DNA from: an uncultured Candidatus Saccharibacteria bacterium
GTDB lineage: Bacteria; Patescibacteriota; Minisyncoccia; Phycocordibacterales; DATDWN01
Direction: 5' to 3'
NCBI GenBank assembly: GCA_964596875.1
Contig: CAZQVT010000003.1
Coordinates: forward strand, 1 to 58,321
DNA: 58,321 bases
The notes under the pieces are model-generated. The model was given only the letters and a program-made list of their open reading frames with translations, did not search any database and was not told where the DNA came from. Each line of letters starts with the position of its first letter. Within the stretch, counting starts at the first letter, position 1. Position numbers and translations under genes: made by a program. This document shows positions 11,099 through 21,000 of the stretch, one piece after another.

Positions 11099-12166
11099 TT
11101 ATAACATTCTATCAAGACCCTTGGCATTTTGTGTATACAAATATGCATTTTCAATAGAAATCTCTCCGGCTCTAACAAGATCTGCCAAATATCTGTTTAG
11201 ATCGATCATACCTTGATCCGAACTTGTTTCTATAACCGAAGGAATTTCGTGAATTCTTCCCTCACGAATCAGGTTTGCTACGGCATTGTTGTTTATTAGA
11301 AGTTCAACTGCAGGAACTAAACCTTTTGAAACCGAAGGGATCAGTCTTTGTGAAAAAACTCCAAGCAAACTTCCAGAAAGTTGTGATCTTATTTGTTTCT
11401 GTGCGACTGTATCAAATGAATCTATAATACGATCAATAGTTTGTGCAGCATTGTTTGTGTGTAGTGTAGAAAAAACCAAGTGTCCTGTTTCTGCAGCAGT
11501 TACTGCGGCCGAAATATCCTCCGGAGTTCGCATTTCTCCGATCATTAGAACATCAATATCCTGTCGTAAGGCTCCCTGCAATGCAGTGTGAAAGTCTGGA
11601 GTATCCTCCAAAACCTCTCGCTGGTCGATAATTGACTTTTTTGAGTCAAAAACATACTCAACTGGATCTTCAATAGTAACAATATGGGCCAATCTTTCTT
11701 GGTTTATCATTTCAATCATAGCAGCAAGTGTTGTACTTTTTCCTTGACCAGTTGGACCTACAACTAGAAAGAAACCTTGTTTTCTTCTTGTAAAAGTTTC
11801 AAGAATAGATGGAATCTTTAACTCTTGCAAAGTTTTTATATTTTTTGGAATAAGTCTTAGTGCAATACTTATTTTTCCAAACCTATAAAAAGCATTTCCT
11901 CGAAATCTTATTTCTGTCTCACTTAGATAAGAAAAATCTACCTCCTTTTTGTTCTGAAAAACTTCTTTTTTAACATCGTCGAGAAGGCTGTCTAACACAC
12001 CCTTCATGTCTGCATGAGTAAAAACTGGATAGTTTTCAAGCGGTATCAAAATACCGTTAGCACGAATAATCGGCTTTCTACCCTCTGACAAGTGTAAATC
12101 AGAAGCACCCTCTCCAGTCATGACTGAAACCAAACCTTCAAAATCTTTTTTATAATCTGCAGACAT
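11099..12166 (-). CDS. pilT: Twitching-motility retraction ATPase
   Basis: 355 aa. Walker A GPTGQGKST, Walker B DVLMIGEMR, His box TGHLVFSTLHT, PilT-type AVANLIREGR motif. Confidence 0.92.
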   Translation of the reverse strand: MSADYKKDFEGLVSVMTGEGASDLHLSEGRKPIIRANGILIPLENYPVFTHADMKGVLDSLLDDVKKEVFQNKKEVDFSYLSETEIRFRGNAFYRFGKISIALRLIPKNIKTLQELKIPSILETFTRRKQGFFLVVGPTGQGKSTTLAAMIEMINQERLAHIVTIEDPVEYVFDSKKSIIDQREVLEDTPDFHTALQGALRQDIDVLMIGEMRTPEDISAAVTAAETGHLVFSTLHTNNAAQTIDRIIDSFDTVAQKQIRSQLSGSLLGVFSQRLIPSVSKGLVPAVELLINNNAVANLIREGRIHEIPSVIETSSDQGMIDLNRYLADLVRAGEISIENAYLYTQNAKGLDRML

Positions 12167-12559
12167 TTATTTTTTCTTATTTTTATAAATTGATAAAACC
12201 TTATCCACAACTTCTGAAGGAATCATTGTAGCTTTTATTATATAACCATCTACACCTATTGCTTTTGCCTTGTCTTCATCATCGGCTTGGTTTGTAAGCA
12301 TTATTACAACTGCCTTTGGCAATAACTTCTCTTCGCGAATTTTTTTAAGAAGTTCTAAACCATCCATACCAGGCATGATTATGTCCATTAAAACCATATC
12401 GTAGTCAGAATTTGCTTTTATTTTTTCTAAAGCAGAAATCCCATTCGAAGCAGTGTCGATTTCTAAACCTGACTTTTTAAACTTCAAAAGATACATATCC
12501 AAAAGGAACTTGTCATCATCCACCAAAAGTATTTTTAAGTTTTTTTGAGTTTCAGTCAT
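12167..12559 (-). CDS. Stand-alone CheY-like receiver domain protein
   Basis: 130 aa. LLVDDD acidic pocket, phospho-acceptor context VLMDIIMPGMDG, MLTN, conserved Lys in IIKA. Abuts pilT with no gap. Confidence 0.9.
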   Translation of the reverse strand: MTETQKNLKILLVDDDKFLLDMYLLKFKKSGLEIDTASNGISALEKIKANSDYDMVLMDIIMPGMDGLELLKKIREEKLLPKAVVIMLTNQADDEDKAKAIGVDGYIIKATMIPSEVVDKVLSIYKNKKK

Positions 12560-12589
12560 ATTTTATTCAGAATAATTAATGCAGAAATA

Positions 12590-14314
12590 TTATAACATGT
12601 TAACTTCCTCAAAAGGAATTTGCTGGTTCATAGATTTGATTATTGCGTCTTCCTTCATGGTTATCATTCCACGAGATCTTACTATTTTTCCTATCTCTAT
12701 TTCATTTGCTCCCTTTAGAACCGCAGTCTCAAGTTCCTTATCCATTTCAAAAACTTCCATTACCGCCTGTCTACCTCTTGTACCATTTGGACACTCAGCA
12801 CTCTGACCTAATTTATATACCTTTTCCTTTAAACCAAGTTCAGTTAAGTATTTAGGTGGCAAGTCACTAAACTGTTTTTCAATCATAACCTTCAAACTTC
12901 CCTCAATGACCTCCTCCTTACCAGCCCCAGGACAAAGTGCAGAAGTAAGTCTCTGTGCGATAGCCAAAATAAGTGTTGGCGCAATAAGATAAGGATCCAC
13001 ACCCATATCTATAAGTCTAGGAATAACGCCTATAGCAGTGTTGGTGTGGATAGTAGAAAGAACCAAGTGACCAGTAAGAGCGGCTTGTATGGCCAACTGT
13101 GCCGTTTCCTTGTCTCGAATCTCTCCCACCATGATTACGTCTGGGTCCTGACGAAGAGTAGTACGCAAACCCGTAGCAAATGTGTAACCAATATCAGCCT
13201 GAACTTGTGACTGTGATATTCCTTCAATGTTGTACTCGATAGGATCTTCAAGCGAAAGTACGTTTTGATGCTCTCTGTCCACCTCCTTTAGCATAGAATA
13301 TAGTGTAGTTGTCTTTCCAGAACCAGTTGGACCAGAAATCAAAATCAGTCCGTATGGTTTTTTTATCGCCTTACGTATCATTTTTATGTTTGTCTCACTC
13401 AAACCAAGATCATCTAGACCTTTCACGCCTTTTTCTTGATCCAAAAGTCTCATCACAACTTTTTCACCAAAATATGTTGGAAATGTAGATACACGAAAGT
13501 CGATCTTTCTGTCATCTATTCTCGTAGTGAAACGACCGTCCTGCGGTTTTCTTTTTTCATCAAGACGCATTTCACTTAAAATCTTTATACGTGCAACCAC
13601 TGCCGGATGCACCTTAGATGGCAGCATTAAACTTGTATTCATTTGGCCATCAACACGAAATCTAACTTTTACATTTTCTCTCCATGGTTCTATGTGTACA
13701 TCTGAAGCATTGCCATCCGTGGCATAACGCAAAATAGTAGCTACAATTTTTGTAACCGGAGCGTCTTCGGCAAGTTGAGTGTCTTGTGCAGAAGTATCAG
13801 TATTTTCCGCCTTTACTCTTTCTTCTGCTAGACTTGTTTCTATTTTAAGTTCATTTTCAAGTTCTGAAAGTGATTTTGAAACTTCAGCAGTAAAACCCTT
13901 GTACTGAGCAAATACTTTTTCATAATCTGTCTCAGTTATTAAAAATATTTTAAACGGTAACCCAGTTTTTGATGAAATAAAATTTAATGCGTCTCTTGCC
14001 TCTATATCGTCGGGATTTACCATACCCACTTCAAGCACACCTTTTGTCACCGCAACAGGCACAAAATGGTAGTGAGCAGCTGAATCCTCTGGAATATATT
14101 TCAAAATTTTTTCTGTAATAACTGCTGTGCCTAGATTTTTTGTTGGAATATCAAAATACTCACCTTTTGCAAGTAAAATATCATGCGGAGGAATTCCACG
14201 TCGTATTAAAACTTGTTCGATAGTTGATCCAGAAGATACCGCCTCTTCTTTTATGGCATCAGTATCCTTTTTATCTAGCAAGCCTTTTTGTACCAATATT
14301 TGAATAATATCCAT
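12590..14314 (-). CDS. pilB: Type IV pilus assembly ATPase (GspE/PilB family, with N-terminal GSPII/MshEN-like domain)
   Basis: 574 aa. Walker A GPTGSGKTT, VIMVGEIRD, TGHLVLSTIHT. Only a partial tetracysteine motif. Confidence 0.92.
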   Translation of the reverse strand: MDIIQILVQKGLLDKKDTDAIKEEAVSSGSTIEQVLIRRGIPPHDILLAKGEYFDIPTKNLGTAVITEKILKYIPEDSAAHYHFVPVAVTKGVLEVGMVNPDDIEARDALNFISSKTGLPFKIFLITETDYEKVFAQYKGFTAEVSKSLSELENELKIETSLAEERVKAENTDTSAQDTQLAEDAPVTKIVATILRYATDGNASDVHIEPWRENVKVRFRVDGQMNTSLMLPSKVHPAVVARIKILSEMRLDEKRKPQDGRFTTRIDDRKIDFRVSTFPTYFGEKVVMRLLDQEKGVKGLDDLGLSETNIKMIRKAIKKPYGLILISGPTGSGKTTTLYSMLKEVDREHQNVLSLEDPIEYNIEGISQSQVQADIGYTFATGLRTTLRQDPDVIMVGEIRDKETAQLAIQAALTGHLVLSTIHTNTAIGVIPRLIDMGVDPYLIAPTLILAIAQRLTSALCPGAGKEEVIEGSLKVMIEKQFSDLPPKYLTELGLKEKVYKLGQSAECPNGTRGRQAVMEVFEMDKELETAVLKGANEIEIGKIVRSRGMITMKEDAIIKSMNQQIPFEEVNML

Positions 14315-14358
14315 ATTTTGTTTGATTTTAAAATACCGAAAATGCGGAAGAATTTAGT

Positions 14359-14664
14359 CTAATCAGAACCGATTTTTGAAAATGGATTATCTCTACCCTG
14401 TTCTTCATCCTGTATAGAAGTAGTTATGTCTACAAGATTTGTAAACAAAGTCGAAGAAAAGATATCTTTTTTAATTTCTACTGACTCTAGCTTGTCAGCA
14501 AGAATTATTACGTCTTGTCCAACGGCTGCAGTAATTACAGGATTACCGTCTGCATCCAAAGGCACATCTACCTCTCCAAAAATAGTTGAATACACCACAA
14601 AACCCAAAACTCCTAGTATTAGCAGGGTCATTATTAGTTTTTGTGTGCTTGGTGATACGTTCAT
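14359..14664 (-). CDS. Small single-TM protein in the PilP position
   Basis: 101-aa ORF with one N-terminal TM (LIMTLLILGVLGFVVY). Assigned by position only, with no recognisable motif. Confidence 0.55.
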   Translation of the reverse strand: MNVSPSTQKLIMTLLILGVLGFVVYSTIFGEVDVPLDADGNPVITAAVGQDVIILADKLESVEIKKDIFSSTLFTNLVDITTSIQDEEQGRDNPFSKIGSD

Positions 14665-14665
14665 A

Positions 14666-15223
14666 TTATCTTAGTGAATATGTATTAGCTTCTAAAGCAA
14701 ACTCCATTACTCCCGCCTGACCAGTTTTAGAAAGTGGTCCTGGAATTATGTTTAAACTAACTACATCTATCAAACTTAAACTGTACTCCACATCTTCCAA
14801 AAAATTCAAAAACTGGTCGTAATTTCCAGAAAGATGCATTGTTACACCGGTAGTTTTGTGAGAGCCAATGTGGCTTGCACCTGTAACATCTTGATTGTTA
14901 GGATCATTTTCAGAAAGTTTAAAATCTTTAATTACAACCCCATATCTTTCACCTACAACACTCAAGTTGTTCAACATTGAAATAGCATCTATTTTTTCAG
15001 GAATTATTTTATTTAGTCTTTCAATTTCATCCGGTGAAATACTATTGTATTCAGCCAAAACAGCCTCTCTTTTTTCTTTTATTTCTTTTACCTTACTTAA
15101 AACTTTAGTGAATTCTGCTTTTTCAGCAGTTTTCATCTTAATCTCAACAGTAAGTGGCTTAATGTACATAAAATACATTCCTACACAGATTGCTATTACA
15201 GTTATGGATAAGATTGATTTCAT
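14666..15223 (-). CDS. pilO: PilO-like pilus alignment protein
   Basis: 185 aa. N-terminal TM, then a coiled-coil-like segment and an alpha/beta core. Follows the pilN-like gene with a 1-nt gap. Confidence 0.5.
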   Translation of the reverse strand: MKSILSITVIAICVGMYFMYIKPLTVEIKMKTAEKAEFTKVLSKVKEIKEKREAVLAEYNSISPDEIERLNKIIPEKIDAISMLNNLSVVGERYGVVIKDFKLSENDPNNQDVTGASHIGSHKTTGVTMHLSGNYDQFLNFLEDVEYSLSLIDVVSLNIIPGPLSKTGQAGVMEFALEANTYSLR

Positions 15224-15224
15224 A

Positions 15225-15827
15225 TTATTGGTTTACGCTTAAGGAATCTATTGCTTTTCTATATGACAACAAATTTGAGTCTATATTGGAAGTAAATTGA
15301 AATTTAATACTACCCACAGCATCCAAACCTATGTTAGAAAAAGTTGGGTTTTTAACATACTCACTTTCAGTAAATATTTGTTGTTGTCTTGCTAGTGCAT
15401 TGTAAGACTGAACCTCGCCATTTATTTTAATAGTTGGAGAACCAGTTTTGTTTGAATAAACCAGATCGTTAAATTTTAATTTTTTAACCGATAATTCTCC
15501 CAACAAAAGAAGCATTCTTGAGTTTACGAGATGTTTTTCGAGTAAGTTTGAGGCAGTGTCTATTCTAGAATTTGCATCTAGAAGTTCTTTTATTTTATCT
15601 GGAAGAATTGCAGACCTAGCATCTTCCAACTGTTTATTTGCTTCTGCTATTTGCTTTACAATTAAGTTTTTATAAAAATACAGTCCCCCGTACAAAAGTG
15701 CGGTAACAATAAAAACTATAGTCGCTGCGAGTGTAAAAATATCTGTGTCGTGAACCACATTTACCTTTTCTACCTCACCTGCCACCGGTTTTTTGGGAAT
15801 AAAAGAAGTTTGAAAATTAGGCTGCAT
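15225..15827 (-). CDS. pilN: PilN-like pilus alignment protein
   Basis: 200 aa. Short cytoplasmic N-terminus (SFIPKKP), single TM, coiled-coil segment. Directly downstream of pilM. Confidence 0.5.
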   Translation of the reverse strand: MQPNFQTSFIPKKPVAGEVEKVNVVHDTDIFTLAATIVFIVTALLYGGLYFYKNLIVKQIAEANKQLEDARSAILPDKIKELLDANSRIDTASNLLEKHLVNSRMLLLLGELSVKKLKFNDLVYSNKTGSPTIKINGEVQSYNALARQQQIFTESEYVKNPTFSNIGLDAVGSIKFQFTSNIDSNLLSYRKAIDSLSVNQ

Positions 15828-15884
15828 ACTAAAACAATTATAGTATATGAAAAAATAAAAAACTATATAAACTGTGTATAAAAA

Positions 15885-17015
15885 CTAACCAATTTCCTGC
15901 AATCGTCGCAATGCAACTCCAACAGCCACAGCAAACTCTGGACCTGTTTCTTTTAGTATTTGTTCTAGAAACGCAGGTGCTACAACTTTTGAAAATGGAT
16001 CTCCGGCTATAACATCTGTTTCCAAAATATCCTTAGCAAAAGGCGCAACACCCTTTAAAGCACTGCCGCCACCAACTAAAAGCACCTTACTAACGTCTCT
16101 TTTGTATTTCTTTTGATAAGAGAGAATAAATCTGTCCGCTTCTGAAAAGATGTAATTTAGTGTAAATGACGCTACATTTTTTAGAGCAATACCGTTTATT
16201 TCTCCTAGCAACCCCTTGTCTCTCTTTAGGTATTCTGCGTCACTAAGCGATATTCCCAAAGCCTTTGAAAGCTCGTTGGTTATATCGTATGAACCTCTTT
16301 CTATCATGTGTGAGGCTCTCAGTATTCCCTTTTCTACCATATACAGTTTTGTACTTGATGCCCCCATATCAACGACTAAAACTGGTTTCACTTCATCATC
16401 TAGGGTTGAACGCATTGTGCTGAAAATTTCTATCTCGAAAAAACCAACGTCCAAACCGGTTTTTGTAATAATATTTTTATATTTATTTAAAGTGTCATTG
16501 TGCAAAGCAACAATAAGCACTTCTAGTTGTGGTTTCGGCTTTTCTACTCCAGGAGCCACCTCCTCCTCTACTTGTCCTGGATTTTTCTCTTGAGGGATAA
16601 CATACCAATCCAAAGTTACTTCAGATATCGGCACTGGAACATATTTTCTTGCTTCGATAGGCACCATATTGTCCAAGTCCTTTTTAGGAACTTCCGGTAG
16701 GTTTATAACGGCCATAAGACTGGATGAAAAAGGAATAGCGACTCCACAAGACATTGTGGTAATGTTCACCTCTTTTTCTTTTAGCATGTCATTTATTGCC
16801 TCGATAATCTTTTCTTGTGGAAGACTGACTGATTCACCAACACCCTTTCCGGTGTATGGACCCAAAGCCAGTTCGCCATAAGTTTCAAGCACCGCATGAC
16901 CATTTTTGCGAGTTATTTGAACTATCTTTATAGAAGAAGAACCTATATCAATACCTAGAACACTTTGGCTCTTTTTATTGAACAAATCAGTAAATTTGGA
17001 TAGAAAATCTGCCAT
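15885..17015 (-). CDS. pilM: Actin-like ATPase PilM
   Basis: 376 aa. LGIDIGSSSIKIV and VVDMGASSTK phosphate motifs of the FtsA/PilM fold. First gene of the locus. Confidence 0.85.
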   Translation of the reverse strand: MADFLSKFTDLFNKKSQSVLGIDIGSSSIKIVQITRKNGHAVLETYGELALGPYTGKGVGESVSLPQEKIIEAINDMLKEKEVNITTMSCGVAIPFSSSLMAVINLPEVPKKDLDNMVPIEARKYVPVPISEVTLDWYVIPQEKNPGQVEEEVAPGVEKPKPQLEVLIVALHNDTLNKYKNIITKTGLDVGFFEIEIFSTMRSTLDDEVKPVLVVDMGASSTKLYMVEKGILRASHMIERGSYDITNELSKALGISLSDAEYLKRDKGLLGEINGIALKNVASFTLNYIFSEADRFILSYQKKYKRDVSKVLLVGGGSALKGVAPFAKDILETDVIAGDPFSKVVAPAFLEQILKETGPEFAVAVGVALRRLQEIG

Positions 17016-17067
17016 AAATATATATGGATAATTGTAACATAAGGAGTATTATATTGATAAGCACAAA

Positions 17068-17724
17068 ATGTTAGAAACAATAAAAAACTTAATTTCCAAA
17101 GTCTTTGACTTTGTTCTACCACCAAGATCTGACTACGAGATAGTTTTGAGACTTACCGAAGACGATATTGTTTCCCTACCCAAAAGTAGCAGAGTGTTGG
17201 ATGCAGACTGGATAACACCTTTATTTCAATATAAAGACAAAAAAGTTAAAGCGATAATATGGGAACTTAAATACAAGGAAAATACAAAACCCTTGGATAC
17301 TTTAGGTAAACTATTTTATGATGAAATATTAAATATTATTTCTGACATAGTAATTTTCAACAAAAACGCACAGTTCCTTTTAATACCCGTACCGATGACC
17401 GAAAAAGCCAGAATTCAAAGAGGTTACAACCAGAGCGAACTCATTGCTAAATCAATTTTGGAAAATGATACCCAAAGAATGCTGGTTTACGCCCCACAAT
17501 GGTTTAAAAAAACAAAAGACACTCCAAAACAAAGTCACAGTGACACAAAAGAAGAAAGAATGAAAAATTTAGAGAATTGTTTCGAAGCAAATCCAAACGT
17601 CGAAGGTAAATATGTTTTTCTTATAGACGATGTCGTGACGACTGGAAGCACACTACGAGAAGCAAAAAAGACTCTGGCAAGTTCCGATGCAGAAGATGTT
17701 TACGGATTTACTATTGCACACTAA
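17068..17724 (+). CDS. comF: ComF-family phosphoribosyltransferase-fold competence protein
   Basis: 218 aa. C-terminal PRTase motif VFLIDDVVTTGSTL. Divergent from pilM. Confidence 0.8.
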   Translation: MLETIKNLISKVFDFVLPPRSDYEIVLRLTEDDIVSLPKSSRVLDADWITPLFQYKDKKVKAIIWELKYKENTKPLDTLGKLFYDEILNIISDIVIFNKNAQFLLIPVPMTEKARIQRGYNQSELIAKSILENDTQRMLVYAPQWFKKTKDTPKQSHSDTKEERMKNLENCFEANPNVEGKYVFLIDDVVTTGSTLREAKKTLASSDAEDVYGFTIAH

Positions 17725-17727
17725 ATG

Positions 17728-17817
17728 CGGAGCCGGATGGATTCGAACCATCGGTACCTTATTAAAGGGTACACCTCTTTAGCAAAGAGGCACGTTAGAC
17801 CACTCTGACACGGCTCC
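17728..17817 (-). tRNA. tRNA-Ser(GCU)
   Basis: Hand-folded cloverleaf: acceptor GGAGCCG/CGGCTCC, anticodon stem CCTCT/AGAGG with loop TTGCTAA, long variable arm, T-arm GATGG-TTCGAAT-CCATC, discriminator G. Confidence 0.9.
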
Positions 17818-17880
17818 AATAAGCCACAGATTATCATATTTAGAGCATTTTATAAAATATGTTATATTGTCTTCTGTAAA

Positions 17881-17967
17881 GGATAGGTGGATGAGTGGCT
17901 TAAATCAACGGTTTACTAAACCGTCGTAGGGTAAAACCTACCGAGAGTTCGAATCTCTCCCTATCCG
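17881..17967 (+). tRNA. Class II (Ser-type) tRNA with anticodon loop UUACUAA, read as tRNA-Ser(ACU)
   Basis: Acceptor GGATAGG/CCTATCC, D-arm GAT..ATC, anticodon stem ACGGT/ACCGT with 7-nt loop TTACTAA, long variable arm CGTAGGGTAAAACCTACC, T-arm GAGAG-TTCGAAT-CTCTC, discriminator G. Confidence 0.8.
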
Positions 17968-17973
17968 CAATAA

Positions 17974-18006
17974 ACAAAAACCACCCTCTCGGGTGATTTT
18001 TGTTTA
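17974..18006. terminator. Bidirectional intrinsic terminator
   Basis: AAAAACCACCC-TCTC-GGGTGATTTTT between the convergent tRNA (+) and the 1347-aa gene (-). Confidence 0.6.
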
Positions 18007-18009
18007 TTG

Positions 18010-21000
18010 CTAATTCTGTCCTGCGACTCTTTCTTGTAGATACTTGATAATCAGATATATGTTTGCGATGTTCTTTCTGTAATCATCATCTGTCATTGCT
18101 ACTGTAGATTTAGTTAGATAGTTTGCTGCAACCCAACCATCTACTCCTGAAGCAAAGTTTACTTTCCACCAAGTTAGACTATTTGCGTATCCTGGACCCG
18201 AAGTGATAGTTCCTGTCTTACCTGTTCTTTGTGAACCAAGGTATCTACCTCCAGCACTACTTCTAACTGAAACTGTTGTAGTCGTTTTAACTTTGTCTCC
18301 TACTTTTAATGAAGTTGGTGGAGGTGGTGTAGGTGAAGAGTTACTTACTGTTACAGAACGAGAGTCTGAAGTAGTTTGATTTCCCTCTACATCTCTTGCT
18401 GTTGCTGTAACTTTATGTGATCCGTTACTTGCAGCGAGTGTATTCCATGATATTGAATATGGGGCAGTCGTATCTTCCGGAAGAAGATTTACTCCATCAA
18501 GTTTAAACTGTACTCCTACAACTCCCTTGTCATCTTCTGCATTTGCTGAAACTATAACAGTATTTGAAACTGTAGAACCAGATGTCGGAGAAGTAAGAGA
18601 AACTGTTGGTGGAACAATTGTGACTACATCATTTTGAACCCTTACAACAACAACTCCTGACTCTTGCAAGTTACCTGTTAGGTCTCTAGCAACTGCTGTA
18701 ACAGAGTGACTACCGTTTGAAACTGAACTAGTATTCCAACTTATAGAATAAGGTTCAACATTGTCTTCTGAAAGAATGCTTACCCCATCCACTTTAAACT
18801 GAACACCAGCAACTCCTACGTCATCAGAGGCTTCTGCAGACAAACTTATAGTAGAATTTGCTTCAGAATTATATTCTGGTGATGTGACATTTACTGTAGG
18901 CTTTGTTGTATCACCCACATCCGGAACTGAAATAGTTACCGTAACACTAGATGAAGTTTGTGTGTTACCTGCAGCATCTCTTGCAACTGCTGTTAGCGTA
19001 TGAGGCCCTTCCGACGCATTTGTTGTATCCCAGATAGTTGAGTATGCAGAAGTTGTGTCTTCTGTGTTTAGGTTTGCACCATCTAGTTTAAACTGTACTC
19101 CTACAACTCCAACATTATCTGTAGCATCTGCTGAAACTAGTATTGGAACTCCCTTAATAGCAGTGTAAGAAGAAGGTGCTGTAAGTGTAACTGTTGGTTT
19201 TGTAGTATCTGTTGTTCCGCCAGATGACTGAGTTTCATCTGCACCAACATCATATGCAGAGCCTAATGGTCTTGTTTGGTTATCAAAGTCATTTGTAACT
19301 GAAACTGCAACGCCCTTATCTATTGCACTTGTTGCTCCCGAAGTTAGGTGTAGATCCCCTGTTGTTGGAGAAACAAACATAGATGAAACTGCATTTATAA
19401 CATTGTTACCAAGTGTTGCTGTCGCACCATCTCGTGCCGTTATGAGTCCATCAATTAGGTTGTTCTTTATATCAACTCCAGTTGTTCTAGAAAATCTGTA
19501 CTCAACTGAATTTGGATACATTCCTGAACTTATGATTGTGTTGTTGTAAACTTTTGTACTTGGTGAATCAAACACAGCAACTGGAACATCGAAGAATGAT
19601 TGTCCGCTCGCTCTGTAGATAAAATTGTTTGCGATAACACCTCGAGCGTGGTCAGTTAGAGTTCCGTTACTTACGGGTGCTTGAGCTGTTTTAGTGTTAT
19701 CTAGACCCAAACTTATATCTCGATGGTTGTTTATAAATGTATTTCTTTCAACAATTGTGTCACTACTACCATTCCAGAAAAGAACTGCTGGACCAACTAA
19801 ACCACTGTTTGATCTAAAGTTTTTAAATGTGTTACCTCTAACTACCCAGTTTTTACCGTAGTGAACATCTAGACCGTTAGTGTAAGTGTCAGAAGCATAA
19901 GTTGTGTATTCAAGTATTGAGTTTTCCAAAATACCATTATCAACTCCCTGGCCATTGGTTGGATTGTTCTTTATAAACTGATCACCTATATCAGTTATTC
20001 GAAGATTTCGGAAAGTTGGATTATCTACTCCACTGTTTGCGATAATACCGTGTTGAGAAATATTTCTAATAGTCATATCAGAAATAGTTACCCCCTTAAC
20101 ATTATCCATCCAAAAACCGAAGTTAATATTTCCAGTCATTCCATTTCCCTGAACAATTGTTGTGTCTCTTCCAGAACCTTTTATAGTTACATTTGAAATG
20201 TTTTGTGGAAGATAAAGTGCATCTGTAAGGTTGTATGTACCGTTTGCAAGAACTATAGTTTGGTTTGAAGTAAGGTTTGCTACAGCAGTTTTTAGTTGAT
20301 CTATTGTAGAAACATTTACTGTTCCACCTGTAGTACTACTTGGGTTTACAACTACAGAGTCACTCGCAGTTCCTCCTGCACCTGTACAACTAACTACAAA
20401 TGTTCTACCTGCCTCGATAGCAGATGTTGTTTGTGTTCCCGTAAGTCCAGAATATGCACCAGGGTTTACAGAACAACTTGTAGCATTTGTTGAAGTCCAA
20501 GTAAGTGAAACTCCGCTTGTTGCAGGGACAGAGATAGGGCCATCTGAACCGTTTGCTTTTATATCTGCTGTTGGAGATTGAACAGTAACTGAATTTACAG
20601 TTACAGACACACTGTCACTCGCAGTTCCTCCTGCACCAGTACATGACAATGTATATGTTGTACTTGATGTCGGAGTCACTGATTGTGTTCCACTAGTTCC
20701 TGAAAGTCCTCCAGTTAATGTACAACTTGTAGCGTTTGTAGAAGACCATGACAGTGTTATCGCAGTTTTAGAATTTATAGTTACAGGCAAATCACTTCCG
20801 TTTACTTTCAAGTCTGCTGTAGGTTGCTGTGTAGTTGGTGCAGTTCCAACATTAACTTGGTATACATGAATATCTCTACCGATCGCCATATAAAACTTTT
20901 TAGTTGCTGGGTCATATGTGGCACTAGTAATAGAAGGAGCTGAACCTGAGTTGTTTATATCTGAAAGTTTCCAGGTTGCATAAGGTCGCAAATCCCAAGG

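Noticed and set aside
17881-17967. The unusual tRNA as an amber suppressor (CUA) or tRNA-Sec
   Set aside because: Reading CUA requires shifting the anticodon by one position in a perfectly regular 5-bp stem and 7-nt loop with U33. The acceptor and T-arm geometry is the normal 7/5, not the 8/5 or 9/4 of tRNA-Sec, and there is no UCA.
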